A DNA stretch of 64,000 bases from Phoronis australis (Eukaryota; Animalia; Phoronida): assembly GCA_002633005.1 (NCBI GenBank), contig NMRA01000028.1, positions 1,268,223-1,332,222 of the forward strand, given 5' to 3'. Under the pieces are notes generated by a model that was not told the DNA's origin, did no database searches, and saw only the letters and a program-made list of their open reading frames with translations. Positions 42,894-57,280 of this stretch are shown here, piece after piece (positions within the stretch are counted from its first letter, which is position 1; every line of letters begins with the position of its first letter). A program made the position numbers and the translations under genes.

Positions 42894-45800
42894 GTAAGAC
42901 GTCTTAGTGTACAATGCATAACTCTATTGAGAAGAATTCCAAATTTGGCTAATTTTGAAGCATTGTATCCCAGAAATGGAAGAGCGCATTTAAATGAAAG
43001 TTTTACGCCGTACTGTAGTGCATACAAGAGTCTCTAAAACGTTGTAGCGAATTGTTCCCAAAAATGATTCTACTTAGGCACAGGGGCTATTAGAAATAAA
43101 GACTTTTAATATTCTTATGATAAAAACAAAGGTTTTCTAAACGAAAGCGACATGACAATTTCGAAAACAACAGCAATGCTTCTGAGATTTTCCCTTGAAC
43201 GTTTACACTTTGCAAACGAAATTTGTTCATGTTATTGATATCATGGTTTTGTTGAGAATGTACCTTTGTTTTTTGTTAAAATTGTACCAAAACATGGCCA
43301 CGTGACCCAAATAATGGCAGATTGGTATATTGTCAAACTAACAAAATCTCATTTTATAGGGTTTCTACTTTCATAAAATATTGCCGTGTTAAACATGACG
43401 TCCCATTCATACTTAACGGCCCTAGCTGCCAATCTCTCCAATTTGTAGCAGTACCGAACATGATACAAGATCTACCTGACGCCAGTTTGTACATTTTGTA
43501 GGCGCACGTAAATCAGAAAGCAACGAAGCCATGACATACTGAGTCTTCCCAAACTTGGCAGTTTCCCACTGACACGTTGAGTTTCCGGATTTTCTTTAAA
43601 ATCCAGGTCACTCGATCCGGGACAAAACTCAAGGGAGTCGAGGTATTCCGCATCTGACAACCGCTTTGGGAGCCTCCCGAAGGAAATTTCAAAATTTAGG
43701 CGTGTTACGTTCATTCTGTTGCGTTTCAGTTGTAGCCTGTGAATTCAGGCCGTAGGAAGCGAGGGGCCGGAGGGGGGGAGGAGGCACGGGCCCCTCAAAA
43801 ATGTTCATGGGTTAAATCGTGGCAACAGACATATGCGTGGGGCCGGGGCAGTCGAGAAAAGAAAGACTGCGAAATAAGGATGAAAGAAAAACTTCAAGAG
43901 AACATTTAACAACTCTGCATCAGTGCATGGTTTACCTTTTGAGGACCCAGGCCAGGACATTGTCGTTAGGGTCTCCGCTTTTGCAGCACAGGTCGTCTAA
44001 ACGCACTTGAAAATGTGCACGAAATCAATTAAGCATATATTTCGAAAAACGGAGAAACTATGTACATGTAAAGCGAAGCTTTTGCGGAGCGTACTAATTT
44101 ACTGGATTTTTAAATTCAACAAGTCAATTTTGCGAATGGAAAACTATGATGCCCCTCTTTGTCAAGAGATAACGGGGTTAACTTTCGCTTTATTTTTTTC
44201 TCTAAACTGTACATTACATGATGACCTGGCAGATAACATCAATTGCTGAGTATTTCCTGATATTTTAAAATATAGATGTTTTCATATTTAGAGGGCCCAT
44301 CTTCGATAGAGGCCATTGATGACATTCAAGTGCCCACCCTTTTTGTGTTTTTATTGACAAATTCTTAAGGAGCCGCTCACAAAGAGAGGGCCCAATGTTG
44401 GAATCGATTGCCTCTATTTTCCTGTTTGATGTGAAATCGTGCAACCGGCTTTCATGTTGAAGGAGGTCACTTCCTGCATCGTTTTGGGACCACACGACAC
44501 TGGTATGCACTGCCACTATTTTTTCCAAGCTTAGCCTTTCTTCTTAAGGTGTCCCATTTCAGACGGTACCTTCTCTCGGTGGAGAAGTTCGGGGGAAATG
44601 TCCCTTTGTCTCACTATACATGTTAATCCGACACTGCCAAGCCTATTCACGATGGAAGTTGAGATTCCAAATTCATCAAAAAACACAAAACATTCGTGCA
44701 CAGCACAGCCATTCAACCCAAACAACCAAAAATGTGAAAAAATACAGTAGGATTGTCGCCGTCGAAAGGGTGGAATTTTGAAGAATGTGAAGATCACTAT
44801 TTGTGAATTACACAAAAGGACTATTTCCGATGGTTAGTAATAAAATTATGTTACTGTTTCCCGTAGTATCACAAGAATAGTGTCTCTTATGAAGATGGTT
44901 ACTATGAGTTGATTGTAAGGAGTTCCCACATGTGGAAAACACTGCTGTCTAAGCTACTATTTGTGATGACCGTGTACATGTCAAAAGAGGGTACTCAAAG
45001 AACTCTCAATCATAAACAAAGATTTTAGCGTTTTTTGTCAGTGGAGTTCAAGTTTACCGCGTGAACCGTTATAGGTAACTCTGAAATGAGCAAAAATACA
45101 CCTTAATACGAATGCCCCATCTCCTATATTCCACCGGGTACCCGTCAAGAGTCTGCAAGCATGCACGCGGAAATTGCTTATAGCATTCCGTTTTGATTAA
45201 CAAATTCGTTGGTTTCTGATTACTTGTTGCCGTATCTACGAAAATCGAAAGATGCACAGATAATTTTTGACAATTAGAAGCTAAACTTGTTAGAATTGAT
45301 GATGTTGCAGTGAATTTAATTGCAGCCTGAAGTTGGAAAAGCTCTATAAACCGAACCAAAAATTGTAAAGTACACTTAGACGATTTTTGCATGTATAAGA
45401 TAACCGACAATTTTACGTTACGTAAGACCTTATCAACAAGTCTATGTATTTAGACGATTATCCACAATACCGTCAACTTAAGCTCGCTAAACGTACATTT
45501 TCTGACAGTAGAAAGCTTATAGAATTTCATTTTTGACTTTTTAACAATCTGTCATTAATCCGTCCACGTGACCAGGTAGGTACATAATAGCCACACAACC
45601 GTATCAATAGCATGACCAGACTTGGTTTAGTATAAATGAAGACATCTCAAAAAATGCCGTTACAGTTTTCTATAAGCAATTCGTTTTTGTTCTATGGAAG
45701 TGTTAAGTGAAAACCATAAAAGTACAGTTCTCTGTAAGCCTGTAACACAACAGTGGAGCATTTTAAAAACAATTCTACGGTTGTGGAAGAGGTGCATGAA

Positions 45801-45977
45801 GCATAGCACTTGGTGGTAGTTTCATATGGACTGAATACGATTAGCCATTTCTGAGATATGATGTTCCGAAGTTGACCAAATTTGGAAATTTTTGTATGGT
45901 CCTACATAGATTTAAAAGAAAAATATTGATTAAAAAGAGGCAAGTAGCAGTCTTCAACTACAAAAGCGTTGTTTCAG

Positions 45978-46141
45978 TCGAAAAGAAGCCGTACTGCGAA
46001 AGGAGCAGCGAAAATTGACAAACCTACAGAACGAGTTAGTGAGCATCATCCGACAGATGGCGCTGACTGATAAGAAACTAGCAAGTGTAAAAAACGAGCA
46101 GAAGATTAAAAAAGCTGACCTGGTTATGCTGATTGAAAATG
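45978..46141 (+). CDS. Unknown coiled-coil protein, exon 2 (RKEAVLRKEQRKLTNLQNELVSIIRQMALTDKKLASVKNEQKIKKADLVMLIEN)
   Basis: Acceptor GTTGTTTCAG (phase 2) and donor G|GTAAGG (phase 1), with heptad-like content. Not in the ORF track. In-frame alternative acceptors exist at 45947/45950 (TAGCAG). Confidence 0.7.
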
Positions 46142-47226
46142 GTAAGGTGTTTAGGTTTTTTACTCTGCATTAACATCATTTAGTTTCCATGGAAAACTAA
46201 AGTCTTCCTTATTCTTTTTGAATCTGTTTTCTCGCGCTTCCTACGCTACCCTTTAGTTTTTAACTCGTAGTGAGTAAGCTTCCTTTAATGAACGGAAAAA
46301 CAGACCACTTTTAAGAAGCGCAATCATGCATCCTTACGTTTAGTGTCACTGTTGTAACCGACAGACTTCCGATCAGCTTTCACGAGCGAGCAGGTTTCCG
46401 AAAACGTTCGAAGGCGTCCCAAATTCTACTTAAAGTTGCAAGCTGTCGAGGTACAACTGTTCTCTTTCGAACAATAATCCCAGGTGTTGCAAGCAGAGCC
46501 TTTCTCAGTTTAGATAATTCTTCGATCTCAATGACCTGTTAATGGTCGTGAAAAACCCAGCAGTATTGAAATTTGTTGCAGTATTTTTTCGACTAAATAC
46601 GCATCCAAAAATTTAAAGAAATTTAGGTATAATTTTCGATGTTTGGAGGCAGTTCATCATCAGACCTCTTCCCTTGACGCGTTACCAGTTTTTTCTCTTG
46701 TATAATCCTCATGAGAGCTAATTTTGGTCTGCCAACTCAGACTGCACAGTGCAAAACACAGTCATACATTAATTCAATTGTAGACGATTGATCACTTATG
46801 TTTCTGACCAAAATACGAGTACGAACTTTAAAATCAGCGCATAGGTAAACAAAGACATTGTACTGATTAATCGACTAAACCATTCTCAAGACAAACGTTC
46901 TTCACAATACTCCAGTCACGTAACACAGAAGATAATAATCCGAATCGTCGACTAATACAATGTCTTTGTTTTTTTATTTTAAAGTTCGCACTATATTTAA
47001 TCGTGTTCTCATATAGTAGTTTCAGACTTAGGCGTGAGCGGCTGGCGGAGCATTGTCAACTTGGTCGTTTACTCATTCGGAAATAGCCTGAATTCATGCA
47101 AAAACAAACTCAGTCATAAATTTAAAGACACACGTGTACACGTGCTACAACCTTGGCTGCTCATTTTGTGGTGTAATGCATCGTTGACTGTAGGATAAAA
47201 ATTGATTCAACTTCAATCCTTTACAG

Positions 47227-47714
47227 ACGTGAAGAAATTTGAAGCGGATGTGTCAAGACGGGAGGCAGGACTGTTTGGTGAGCTTAACCGAATCAGCAAA
47301 TTGTCAAAGCCTGAAAAAGCTTACAATTCCTTCCTGCGCAATATTCAAATAAAGCAAAGGACTTTGAAGAAACTGGAGCTTCTGGCCTACAAGCGCCTCA
47401 CAGTTTGCCAAGAAGGGAAGTCGTGCAGCACCGGAAATGAGTCTATTCCATCAACGCCGACCGGAAGTGTACTACTAACGCCGAGTAACGCATCAAAAAT
47501 GTTTGAATTCTCGTTTTCATCTAACACTCAGTTGAGTGCTAGCGGTCTATCTCCCGATCAGCGCTACAAGAAACTCGTGGACGGTTTGGTTGAACGAAGT
47601 AAGAATGGACTACAAGATTGTGACCAACAGCAAGATCGTGACTATCAGCCATCACCCGAAAACAATAACAACAATGCATGCGTGAGAAAGGCTGCCCAGG
47701 AAACAATGGTTTAA
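47227..47714 (+). CDS. Unknown coiled-coil protein, exon 3 (terminal)
   Basis: Acceptor TTCAATCCTTTACAG, phase 1 (G+AC=Asp) matches exon 2. Lies within the 170-aa ORF 47202-47714: a helical region, then an S/T/P-rich tail and TAA stop. Confidence 0.75.
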
Positions 47715-50700
47715 CAGTTTCTAGCAAAGACTGAAATTTACATTTTATATTTTAACTTGTGGAGTTCTAGCTATTCTGAATACATTCTTTACTCAGCGAC
47801 TCGAAGAAAAGGGGTTTATTGTTGGCCGTCACACTGGAGTTAGGCATAGCATTCGCAGCACATTTGTTTCAAGCTTAAATTTCAGGAACCTTGTGAAATG
47901 ATAACCAAATAAGTGGGGTAGCGATGGGGCATGGGGGCAGCCAAAATGCGCCGGCAGACCCCAAAAAGTAAAATGTCGACACTAGTGCAAGAATGCGTTC
48001 TAGTAGACAAATGGAGTCCCAGGTTCACCCCACACAGCTCCATCAACACCAAATGAGCTTGGTCGCCAACTTCTTCGCTCCAACCTCTCAGTCCACAGCA
48101 GTATTTCGTCTACACCACGCGCGGTCGGCCCGAAGATTCTGAATCACTTTAGCCTAAATGTCTGCATGTTGAGGAAATTCAAACCTTATACAAATTTCAT
48201 CGTCTTTTAGAATTAATTAAAGGGAAAGGCGCTGACTTCCGTTATCAATAAATCTCCGAATACCTAGCTTTAATACATCAGACCACTGGCGCAGCATTCA
48301 AATCGTAAGTTTTATATCTTGTAAACTAATGAGAATTCAATGAAATTCAGGCATACAAACACATAAAAATCTCCTTGAAAGATATTCGAAGGGATCACTT
48401 TTGGTTTCGATGCCTTGGGCGTCAAAAAGTCATCGCTATGCCATTAGCTTTCAAACTATTTTCCAAACCACCAAGTTATCGGTCTGCATCATTTACACTG
48501 TAGGTGTCGCTTGTAACCGATTAGAGAGTACTGACGATAGAGTGCAGCACTGAGACCGTGGCAAGGAATTTAGTAGTCAAACATGATAACAATCAAAAGC
48601 ACAATTTACATAGTCAACGATGAGAAAGACACAACTAACATAATAGCTTATTTTTTAACACCAACATATCGTATATTCGTGTGTTTATGACATTGCGCCT
48701 GTATTTGAAGTATTGCGTTTTTAAACAATTTGTTCTGAGTGTTTCACCCATAGGGCCCGTAGGCGCGTGCACCTAAGGTTCACTTATAGGCGCCGGCGAA
48801 TATCTGCGCGTATTTGTGTCTTTTATCCATTTTAGCGACACTTTCCACTTGAGAATAGTTCATTAAAAAGACGTCAACACCAACCATTTTGTTAGCTCGA
48901 CAGATTCTGTATCTGGGAGTCAAACTTCATTTACATTCGTCTGAAACTGACTTGCTCTTTTTATATATCGCCGTTCATATTAGGTGGCTGAAGTGACGTA
49001 GACAACCTTGATGCACTGCTTCTGGCCTGGCTAACCTACGGAAAATAGTATCAGAACGCTACATTTTATAGATAACAAATTAAACAAAGTAAACGAAATT
49101 TCGTCTGAGGGTGGGATGAGGTACTAGGAAGGAGAACATTGTTGACGTGCTGCGGGGCAAAACATGATTGCGCGTGGCTACAGGGTAGATGGTATTGGAC
49201 AATACTGGTGGCGAAGGGGGGGGGGGGCAATTGTCGATTTAGCGAGGGGGCAGAGAGTCCGCCTACTACGAGCACTGTCATACATAAGTTAAATTTCTTA
49301 GCGCAGTGAGTGTTGTTCCATGCACTACACAACATGCCGTGGATTGCAAGAAGCTGACAAGTAAAACGTGGAACTGTATTAAAAAAAAAACTGTGGTAAT
49401 AAGACATCAAGTATAAAAAAATCTTAGGTAGGCGGAGTTCAATTACTACTTCAGTTGTCAATTTTTATGCGGAAACAGTGACTTTGGAGTTAGAAGTTTT
49501 ATTTTGGTTGCTATAATGAGTGCGGGGCCCCGTCATCAAATGAACTTGTCAACTGGAGTTACAGTCATTGTTTTTCATTTTTTTCTATGTTACCGTATCA
49601 AAACGTACGGTATGAAATCGTCGTCCGCATATCGATCATAGATTCCGCAGACAAAGCGAATACAAACGGAGATGGCCGATGAGTCATGTTCCATTCATAT
49701 CCCACCACCCGCTGTCTATGACAGACCTCAGATAATCAATACTGGTACTCGTTCTTTATCTACTTTACGACTTAACGAAGCTGGAGTTCGGGCATAACCT
49801 ACCATACAAGTATAGATATATCTACGAACGAAATGAGACAGGCTGTCTGCAAGAATCGAGCACTGAGGAGGTGAGTTTTGGAAGCATTTCTGTGCTATTT
49901 CTCACAGATTTTCTCTGCCCTGAACGTTCTACCTCGTACCATGGCAACGAACATCCCCATTCAAAAAGTAATACTCTGCGCGTTGAATTCGGCGACGTTT
50001 TTTCAACGAAAGGAACCAAGGGTTTTTCTCCCACGATGACAGGGGTCCGGAGAGGAGAGCTACTTTCAGCCCATTGTTAGTCAAAATTTAAAATACTACA
50101 GTGACCTAGAAAATGGGAAGGTTTACACTAGCTGGGACCGATGTCGTACAAATTACAACGAAAAGCCTTGTCAGTTGGGGCCATTGTAATAATAGGGGTC
50201 CATTATGGATCCTCTGTCACGGGCCCTTATAGCTTGTTTAAGCTATAACCTCGCGTTCCGTCGAAGAATTTATCTTTTGATTTGGACCACTTGCAGCACA
50301 TTGACACTGAGTAACCGCCCAAATAAATCGACGCTAAAACAACCGACTTGTACATTAATTCCTACAAAAGTTTTTATTCGTTAATAAAGATTACTTTCAA
50401 TACTTTCTCCTGATATTCCACTCATGAGAATTGTCGACACGTGTTTCTTTTCCAAAACAACTCACACAATAATAATCATATCGATAATCTATGACTGCAC
50501 AAGTCCTATCAATAAGTTATGAAGTAACAGCAGTAAGACACAAGAGTATAATATCGCACACCCATAAACCGACTACTTTACAAACAATGCGCTTATTTAC
50601 CACCCACCTGTTTATCTGAATTATGTGTATTTTTATTAATTACCCTGAGACCGTCATTTATTGATTTTCTTCTCAAAGCGACTTAATTAACACCAGAGAG

Positions 50701-52489
50701 ACCACAATGTCGTCTTGCACTAATCAAATGACTCGATATTCTCTGGTGAACATTTTAGTAGGTTCACATGCCCTATAGTTGTTCAGTTATACCCCCCTCA
50801 CACCAGAGGTGCGGTGCTACTACGGTTTTTGGTCAAAACCGCCATCACCGTAGTGACACCGCCAGTAGTGTTTCACAGTATTCCCCTACCCGTCGCACAT
50901 GTGTTTTTCTTCGCGCCACGGTATCGCCGTAGGGTCGCCAGTCTACGTTTTCGGCGATTGTACGGCGGTTGTATTGCGGAAGCACGGCCGCGGTGTTGGA
51001 GGTGCTACTGCGGCCCTTTACGGTGCCAATTTGAACAAAGTTGGCCAACCCATACCATGCGCCTTTTAATATCGAACACAGGTGATCTCTCAATTATTCA
51101 GTTTGTGGCGGACACCAGTAGGCACGGATTTTTTTTTTGGAGGGGGGCACATTTGCACAAATTAGACTATTTTGCAGTTTTCGCATTTATGCCATAAGCA
51201 GAAATGCATAGCTGACGACCTTGGAAACCCCCTCGATGTCAGTGGAGTCGAAGCTAGGTAGACATTGTACGTATTTGTTTGTCTTGTTTTGTACTTGATT
51301 GAACAACACTAAATTGTACTGGTGTGTTATATGACATATGAAATATGTTACCAATTCCAAACAATTAAATTCATAATTAATGCAAGGACGCACAGCTGGT
51401 GTCTAGCCGAAGGGAAATTTATTGGAGAGACAATGATAAATTTATCAGTTTTCCTGATTACTTTTACTAGTACTTGTGCCATGGGACTCTATGCTGAATC
51501 GACTTTGATTCGAGCGAAGTCCAGCCGTTTAGAGAGGCCTCGACTGTAACACGTTATCTTGTAAATACTGAACGATCAAGTCAACGGAGATCCTATCTGC
51601 GTTACTTTTCAAACTGGACATAAATATTGCACAGATAACGTTATGTTTACTTTGCAAGTTATCGGCTTTATCTCAGTTTCACATGTTCTCCTACCTTTAA
51701 CGTGTTCACCTACATGCTAACCTTGTATCCGAGTACACGTACGCGTCATAGAGTAAGTTTTCCGTCTGTCCGTGAGCCTGTCTCAAGTAAACAGCCATAA
51801 CACGACATCTCCAGTAGTCAGCCTCGGAGACTAGTGATATCAGTGGCAGGGCACCCGGCGCGATAAGATTTAAACTTCGTAGTACTAGGGTAATGTTTCT
51901 CTCAATAATACGACATATTTTATACATTACATCTGCTAAAAGTGACCACTTTTGTCGTAAATATAGGCCTAAGTAATAGTGATTTCATTATATTTTATAT
52001 AAAGTGATATACAATTGCGTGTGACCAACGCGCCATCCCAACTTGACCATGGCACTAATGAAACAAGTTAGTCGGTAAATATGATAAATACTGCCTCAGA
52101 TCAATAAATGTTGGTCTGAGATATTGCGTAATTTGCATTTCTTACCACTGGTCGGGCGGCCAAGGCAGTCGGCTGCCCTTGTCACTGTATCAACGTATCA
52201 ACGGTTTTTGAACTGTTGGCTATACGATTACGTGACTAAGTTTGCTATAGTTCCCCACCCCATGCGTCATAGGCGAGAAACTTAACAATAATCGCCCTAA
52301 CTGGTTCAATTAATTTTGACAAAGAAAACTACACGGCCTTTCGCTTACTCATAGTTCAGTGCTTGTTTCAGGTAATCCGATATTAGCATAACCGCACTTT
52401 GACCCCGGTCCATATCAGGCATAGTTCGAATATTTGATGACGTCACGTTGACCTCTGGAGAAGAGTGATCTGGTTCTGTTAGTGTTAGG

Positions 52490-52548
52490 ATGAAGAAAGC
52501 TGTGTTACAGACTGAGGTGGCTAAATCTTATCCGTTTTGGGATTACAG
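52490..52548 (+). CDS. FAM124A: FAM124-family gene, coding exon 1 (MKKAVLQTEVAKSYPFWDY-R)
   Basis: ATG at 52490 with an in-frame TGA 21 nt upstream. Ends CAG|GTATGA (phase 2), matching the acceptor phase of the 58262 exon. Candidate upstream acceptor TTGTTTCAG at 52371 (UTR part). Confidence 0.6.
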
Positions 52549-55500
52549 GTATGAATTATTTTAACTTACCTCGCGGTCCTGTGTTAACTAAACCTTTCCG
52601 TGCCTTGTCATATCTCAGAGACTGCTGTCGGGGCTTCACTGTCCGTCAGCTGAACTTTACTGCGTTGTAGGGCTATCTGTGACTATTTTAATTGTTAAAG
52701 TATACGTCTTTTGATACCGAATGATTTCCGTACATTTTTATTACTTCCAAGTGCCGTTGTATTAGATCTCGAGTGTCTTATGAAGACAGTTTTTCCCTCA
52801 TGTGTAGTAAAACGTCTAGTCAGCTGACAATAATGTACAGCTACATGAGTCACCAGCTGGCTGGCTTATTTACAGTATTTACTGAGCTGTTTCAATCTGT
52901 AAATAAATTATGGACACGGACATGCACGATGTTTTGTACACACGACAATTTATTTTCAAGTGACGTTAGGTATTGCTCTTATTGGATAATGGAGACAACT
53001 ACATATAAAGGAGACTGTTATGGTGTTGAGCATGTTACGCGCATGACAACCCATCCAATGAGCCATCACCGAACTCAAAAGCGTTCAACTTCTCCAAATT
53101 TAAAATGCTGCGTCGAATACTGATTTGAGAATTAAGGTCACGTAGGAGTTGCGTTTCCCTAGGAAAACGCTAATTTCGGAACATAATGTTCATTTTTATA
53201 ATGTTTATTACAAAAATACAATGTACATTAATAAGAGCTGAGACCAGAAAGCGCTAAAAGGCATCTTGGCGGAAAATTGTATCTAAAAATGGCCTATCGC
53301 ATTCATGTGAAATTTACAGATTCTATGCTTTATACACTATTCGCCAAATTGCTGTTAAAGAATTGTTTTTAAAATGTTCCACTTTTTGCATGAGGAGTTA
53401 TCAAAATACGACTTTCATCATGATTTTCATGGAAAATTCTAAGCTTTATATAACGAAATGACATTTTATAAAATTGTAACATCGTTTCTGAGATCTCATC
53501 TTGGAGCATTTATAACAAATAAAATGTGACCATGTCATTGATGCTATTAATTTATTATGAATATACCTTTCTGTTTAGCTAAATTTTATTAAATAGACAT
53601 GGTCACGTGTCCTACTTAAGGGAGGATTGGTAAAAAGTCAAAAATGAAATTCTACAAGTTTTCTACTTTCGGAATGTATAGTCTTACATCGATCTAAAAT
53701 CTATAGTTTCATAGTGAGTAGGTGAAATGCGCAGACTTACATAACTTTACAAACTCAATTTGGTCAAACAATTATATAGGCTGCTTCGTTATGTTCTGAT
53801 TCTGACTCAGTCCAGAATGGTTCATGTGTTGTAAAACGTTGATTTCGGAATTAGTGGCCTTTTCCTCGTTATCGTGGTCGTGACTTCACGAACTCGCGAG
53901 CAAATGGAGAAGCCACTGCATGCATTTATGTCCAAGTTTCATGGGAATTCGAGATTTCAATTGGTGACCCAATTACTAGTAAGCTCTCCGATTTTTCGCT
54001 GAGGACTTTGTATCGACTTTAGGCCATGGGCTACAGGCCACCGGAGGCTGAAAACATTTCTGTGACCAATTTGGCGTGCATTTTCATTTTGATGTTTTTG
54101 ATGTCACAAAACACTCTATACTTGGTGTAGTTATGCCTATTCAGTACACATCGGTGTGTGTGTACTATATGCACACCGGTCCAAAACTCGTATAGGACGG
54201 CTTCTCTTGAGTCGATCAGACGTGATCGATTTAAATCGACACGCCGCCGTACACGACTTTTTAGCTCTAAAACTCGCCGAGTAGTGAAGTCCATTACAAA
54301 GTCGCCAATATGACAACTTGGAACTTGTAGACATGCTCTAAACAGATTGCGAAATAGACATTATTTTCAAACGGATCATAACCTATAAGCAATGATTAAA
54401 AGTAACGCCGCCGTACGTAATGAATAAACAACGTTTTGCTACATCCCATGCTTTACATCCGGAGTACCGAATACACACTGAGTAATAAACAAATCCAACA
54501 CACAACGTCCACGTGGGTGTATTCTGCTGTATGTCTTGGAACTTTACTTTTGATGACCATGTATGGGATATGCCAAAGCGTCGTTTGTTCGCAATGCACA
54601 GAAATGCCTTTGTCTTACGTTCCCTTATTTCAGCACTTTTCTGCAGTTGGATTTCATATGTTGCTAGAATGCATTTTCTAAAGCCGGGGATTTGATTTTT
54701 GGACAATCCTAGTTTGCATTTGGGGTCATATACTCGCTTTCATCTGACCCTGAGTTCCGGATGTTTAATAATTATTTATTAACTCTACGTCTTAAAACTT
54801 GTAGGCTTTTTAAATCAGCTAAACTGCTCCCTGAATCTGCTTATAGTCGCTGCATCTTGCCAGCTGCTTATCAAAGCTATTACCGTTAACCTAGGCTTAT
54901 CCATTGGATGCGCTTGGGCACTCCATCGAAAAGGAAGTCCCGTTACCCAAGTAATAAATGGCGTCACACCTGGATAAATTAATGCTTATGTTTTAAAGAA
55001 GAAAATTTCAGCTGACCATCTGGAAGTTTTGAAGTTTAAAACGATTCACCTAGTTGCAAACTGTGGAAAAACTCTAACAATCGTCTGTCGCAAGGTCTTT
55101 CAACGAAAATTAAAGAAGAGAGAATCTGTTTTTGCAAATTCAGTTAAACTGATGCAAACCTGTGTATTTTAATTTGTAGCTTGTGCGTTCTGCTGATAAG
55201 ACTTATAATTTCATTTCAATGCCAGATTTCTTAGAGGATCACTGAAAATATTGTCTTTTCTTTATCATCATAGCGTTAAAAAGTCATAAGCTTCAATCTA
55301 ATACACGAGTTCACGTTGTTTGCAAGCCTAATCGGCACATGGTTTTTGATTACCTAAGTAACGTTTCGAATTTCACTCAAAACCCTGTGCACCTGTTTCG
55401 TGACAGTTGACTATTTCCTGGGGTCTATTTTTATTCAGCATAATTTCGGCTTTTCAACCTCGCTGAGGCGGCACTCACCGAAACCATCAATTATGGTTTC

Positions 55501-57122
55501 AACTTTTTATGAGGATGCAACGGTATATTTCGGACGTCAATAAAGTCTTTGAAAGTTGGCAATGACGAGTTCCTTGCGCTAGCCTTTAATCAAGGACTTT
55601 TAACATTCCTACTGTCGGCGTTTATAAGGAAAAGTGTATCAGGATGAATGACTGCGCCTTGATTACACAATTAAATATAAATATAACTCAAAGAATGATT
55701 ATGTACTTTTTCACTGTTTAAAGTGCTGTGCAAACACATCTGCAAGAACTTAATTCCCGCCAGAAATCGTCGGAAATAGCTTAACTCTCAAAATTCTGGT
55801 ATTTCTTATTTTAATAACATACCTACCAACTTTGATTTATACATCAACGTGCAATTTATTGAACTTTCAAACTTATCTTAAAGATGAAAACTGTGGACTC
55901 GATTTTGCAATTTGTGTGTGGATTTGTTCTTTGTTGGGATTGGCACAAATCACCTAAGCGCGGCATCCTATGAATGTATCCACAGGGCTGAACCTCAGTT
56001 TGACCACGTTTTTCTGTATAAACTAAATACCTAACGTCTACTTATCAAGCTAATCATTCAATGTAGTTTAATGCGACGCCTCAAGGTTTTTATAAATTAA
56101 TCCAAAACATGCTTATCGGCCAGTGATTATTTTAATGCATGTCTCTTATTCTCTGATAAGTATGCTTGAGTGTTCGAGTGTGTTAGCCTTCTGCGAACCG
56201 ACGTAAACCCTTAAACTTGAACTTGGGAATCGCAAATGTGCATTTGCTTGTAAATGTGATGCCAAATGTCGTCCATACATGCAGGTTTTGCTGTGTGACG
56301 CAGAAATTCTAGGTTATTTTCACCGTTCTGAACTAATATAGGGTGTGTCAAAATTATGGACACACTTTAAATGAGAGTAACGCGAACAAAATGATATAGT
56401 AAACTCTTTTTTCTTGACGGCATAGTCAAGGTTTGCGAGTTTCTCCTCACCTGGCGTTTGAACTGAAAGTTAGGCTGCGGCTGCGGCCAGTTTGCGCTCC
56501 CAAAATACTAAAATCTAGGGCAGGCCAGGCTTGGGGTCATTTTTAGTTAGGTATTGCATGTAGGCCACGTGTTGACAGTACTTTTGGACCACATTTTTGG
56601 AATCGATAGGAGATTTGCTTTCAGAATCTAATGTTGGCTTTAGCTTAGCATCTGCAGGGAAGTGGTGATTTGGGCTGAAAAGTGCCGAATTTGCGTTTTT
56701 CTGTCCCTTTTTCTTGGTAAAAAAATTGTCCATCTCTAAGGCTTGTGATGTGAAATGACTCAAAAATTTTCTTTCTTTTCGTGAAGTTTTTGACAGAGTG
56801 AAGAAAAGGTGACGAGTCCTTTGACGTGTGTTCTGATAGTCAAATCCCTGTGAGAACTGTTCTGTGGCCCTATTACATACTTCACAAATGGACACCTCCG
56901 GCGCGTGCGCACTCATTTGCTCTATTTGATGAGCAGCTAAACGTAAAATGAGGCTGTTCGGCAAGTGATGTTTAATGTTTCCGTAGATTGTATTAGGCCC
57001 GGGCTCTACGCCTAATCTTTCTACACAAAATCGATCTCGAAATTTTTTTGACATTTTACGTTATACTTTTGTACGAATTCCGAAGTATCTAAGATTGTGT
57101 GCTCGAGTATGTTATGATGTGA

Positions 57123-57185
57123 AAGCCATGAGTATTAGTCCAAGCCATGAGTATATAGTCCAAGCCATGAGTATCTAGTCCAAGC
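57123..57185 (+). repeat. ~20-bp tandem repeat x3 (AAGCCATGAGTATNTAGTCC)
   Basis: Three near-identical head-to-tail units inside the mariner fossil. Confidence 0.9.
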
Positions 57186-57280
57186 TCGCACCTGATGGCC
57201 CCTAGATTCGAGCTACTCTAGTTAAAATTTGAGTTTTCGAGATGAAACTCGAACATTGTGCGTTTTGTACAGGCAAGAAA

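Noticed and set aside
45910-45977. Apparent frameshift in exon 2 of the coiled-coil gene if the acceptor at 45909 is used
   Set aside because: A better acceptor (TTGTTTCAG, 45977) restores the frame without invoking an error or recoding.
56515-57054. 179-aa minus-strand ORF
   Set aside because: It lies inside a nested non-autonomous repeat within the mariner fossil, with no recognisable domain or splice support.
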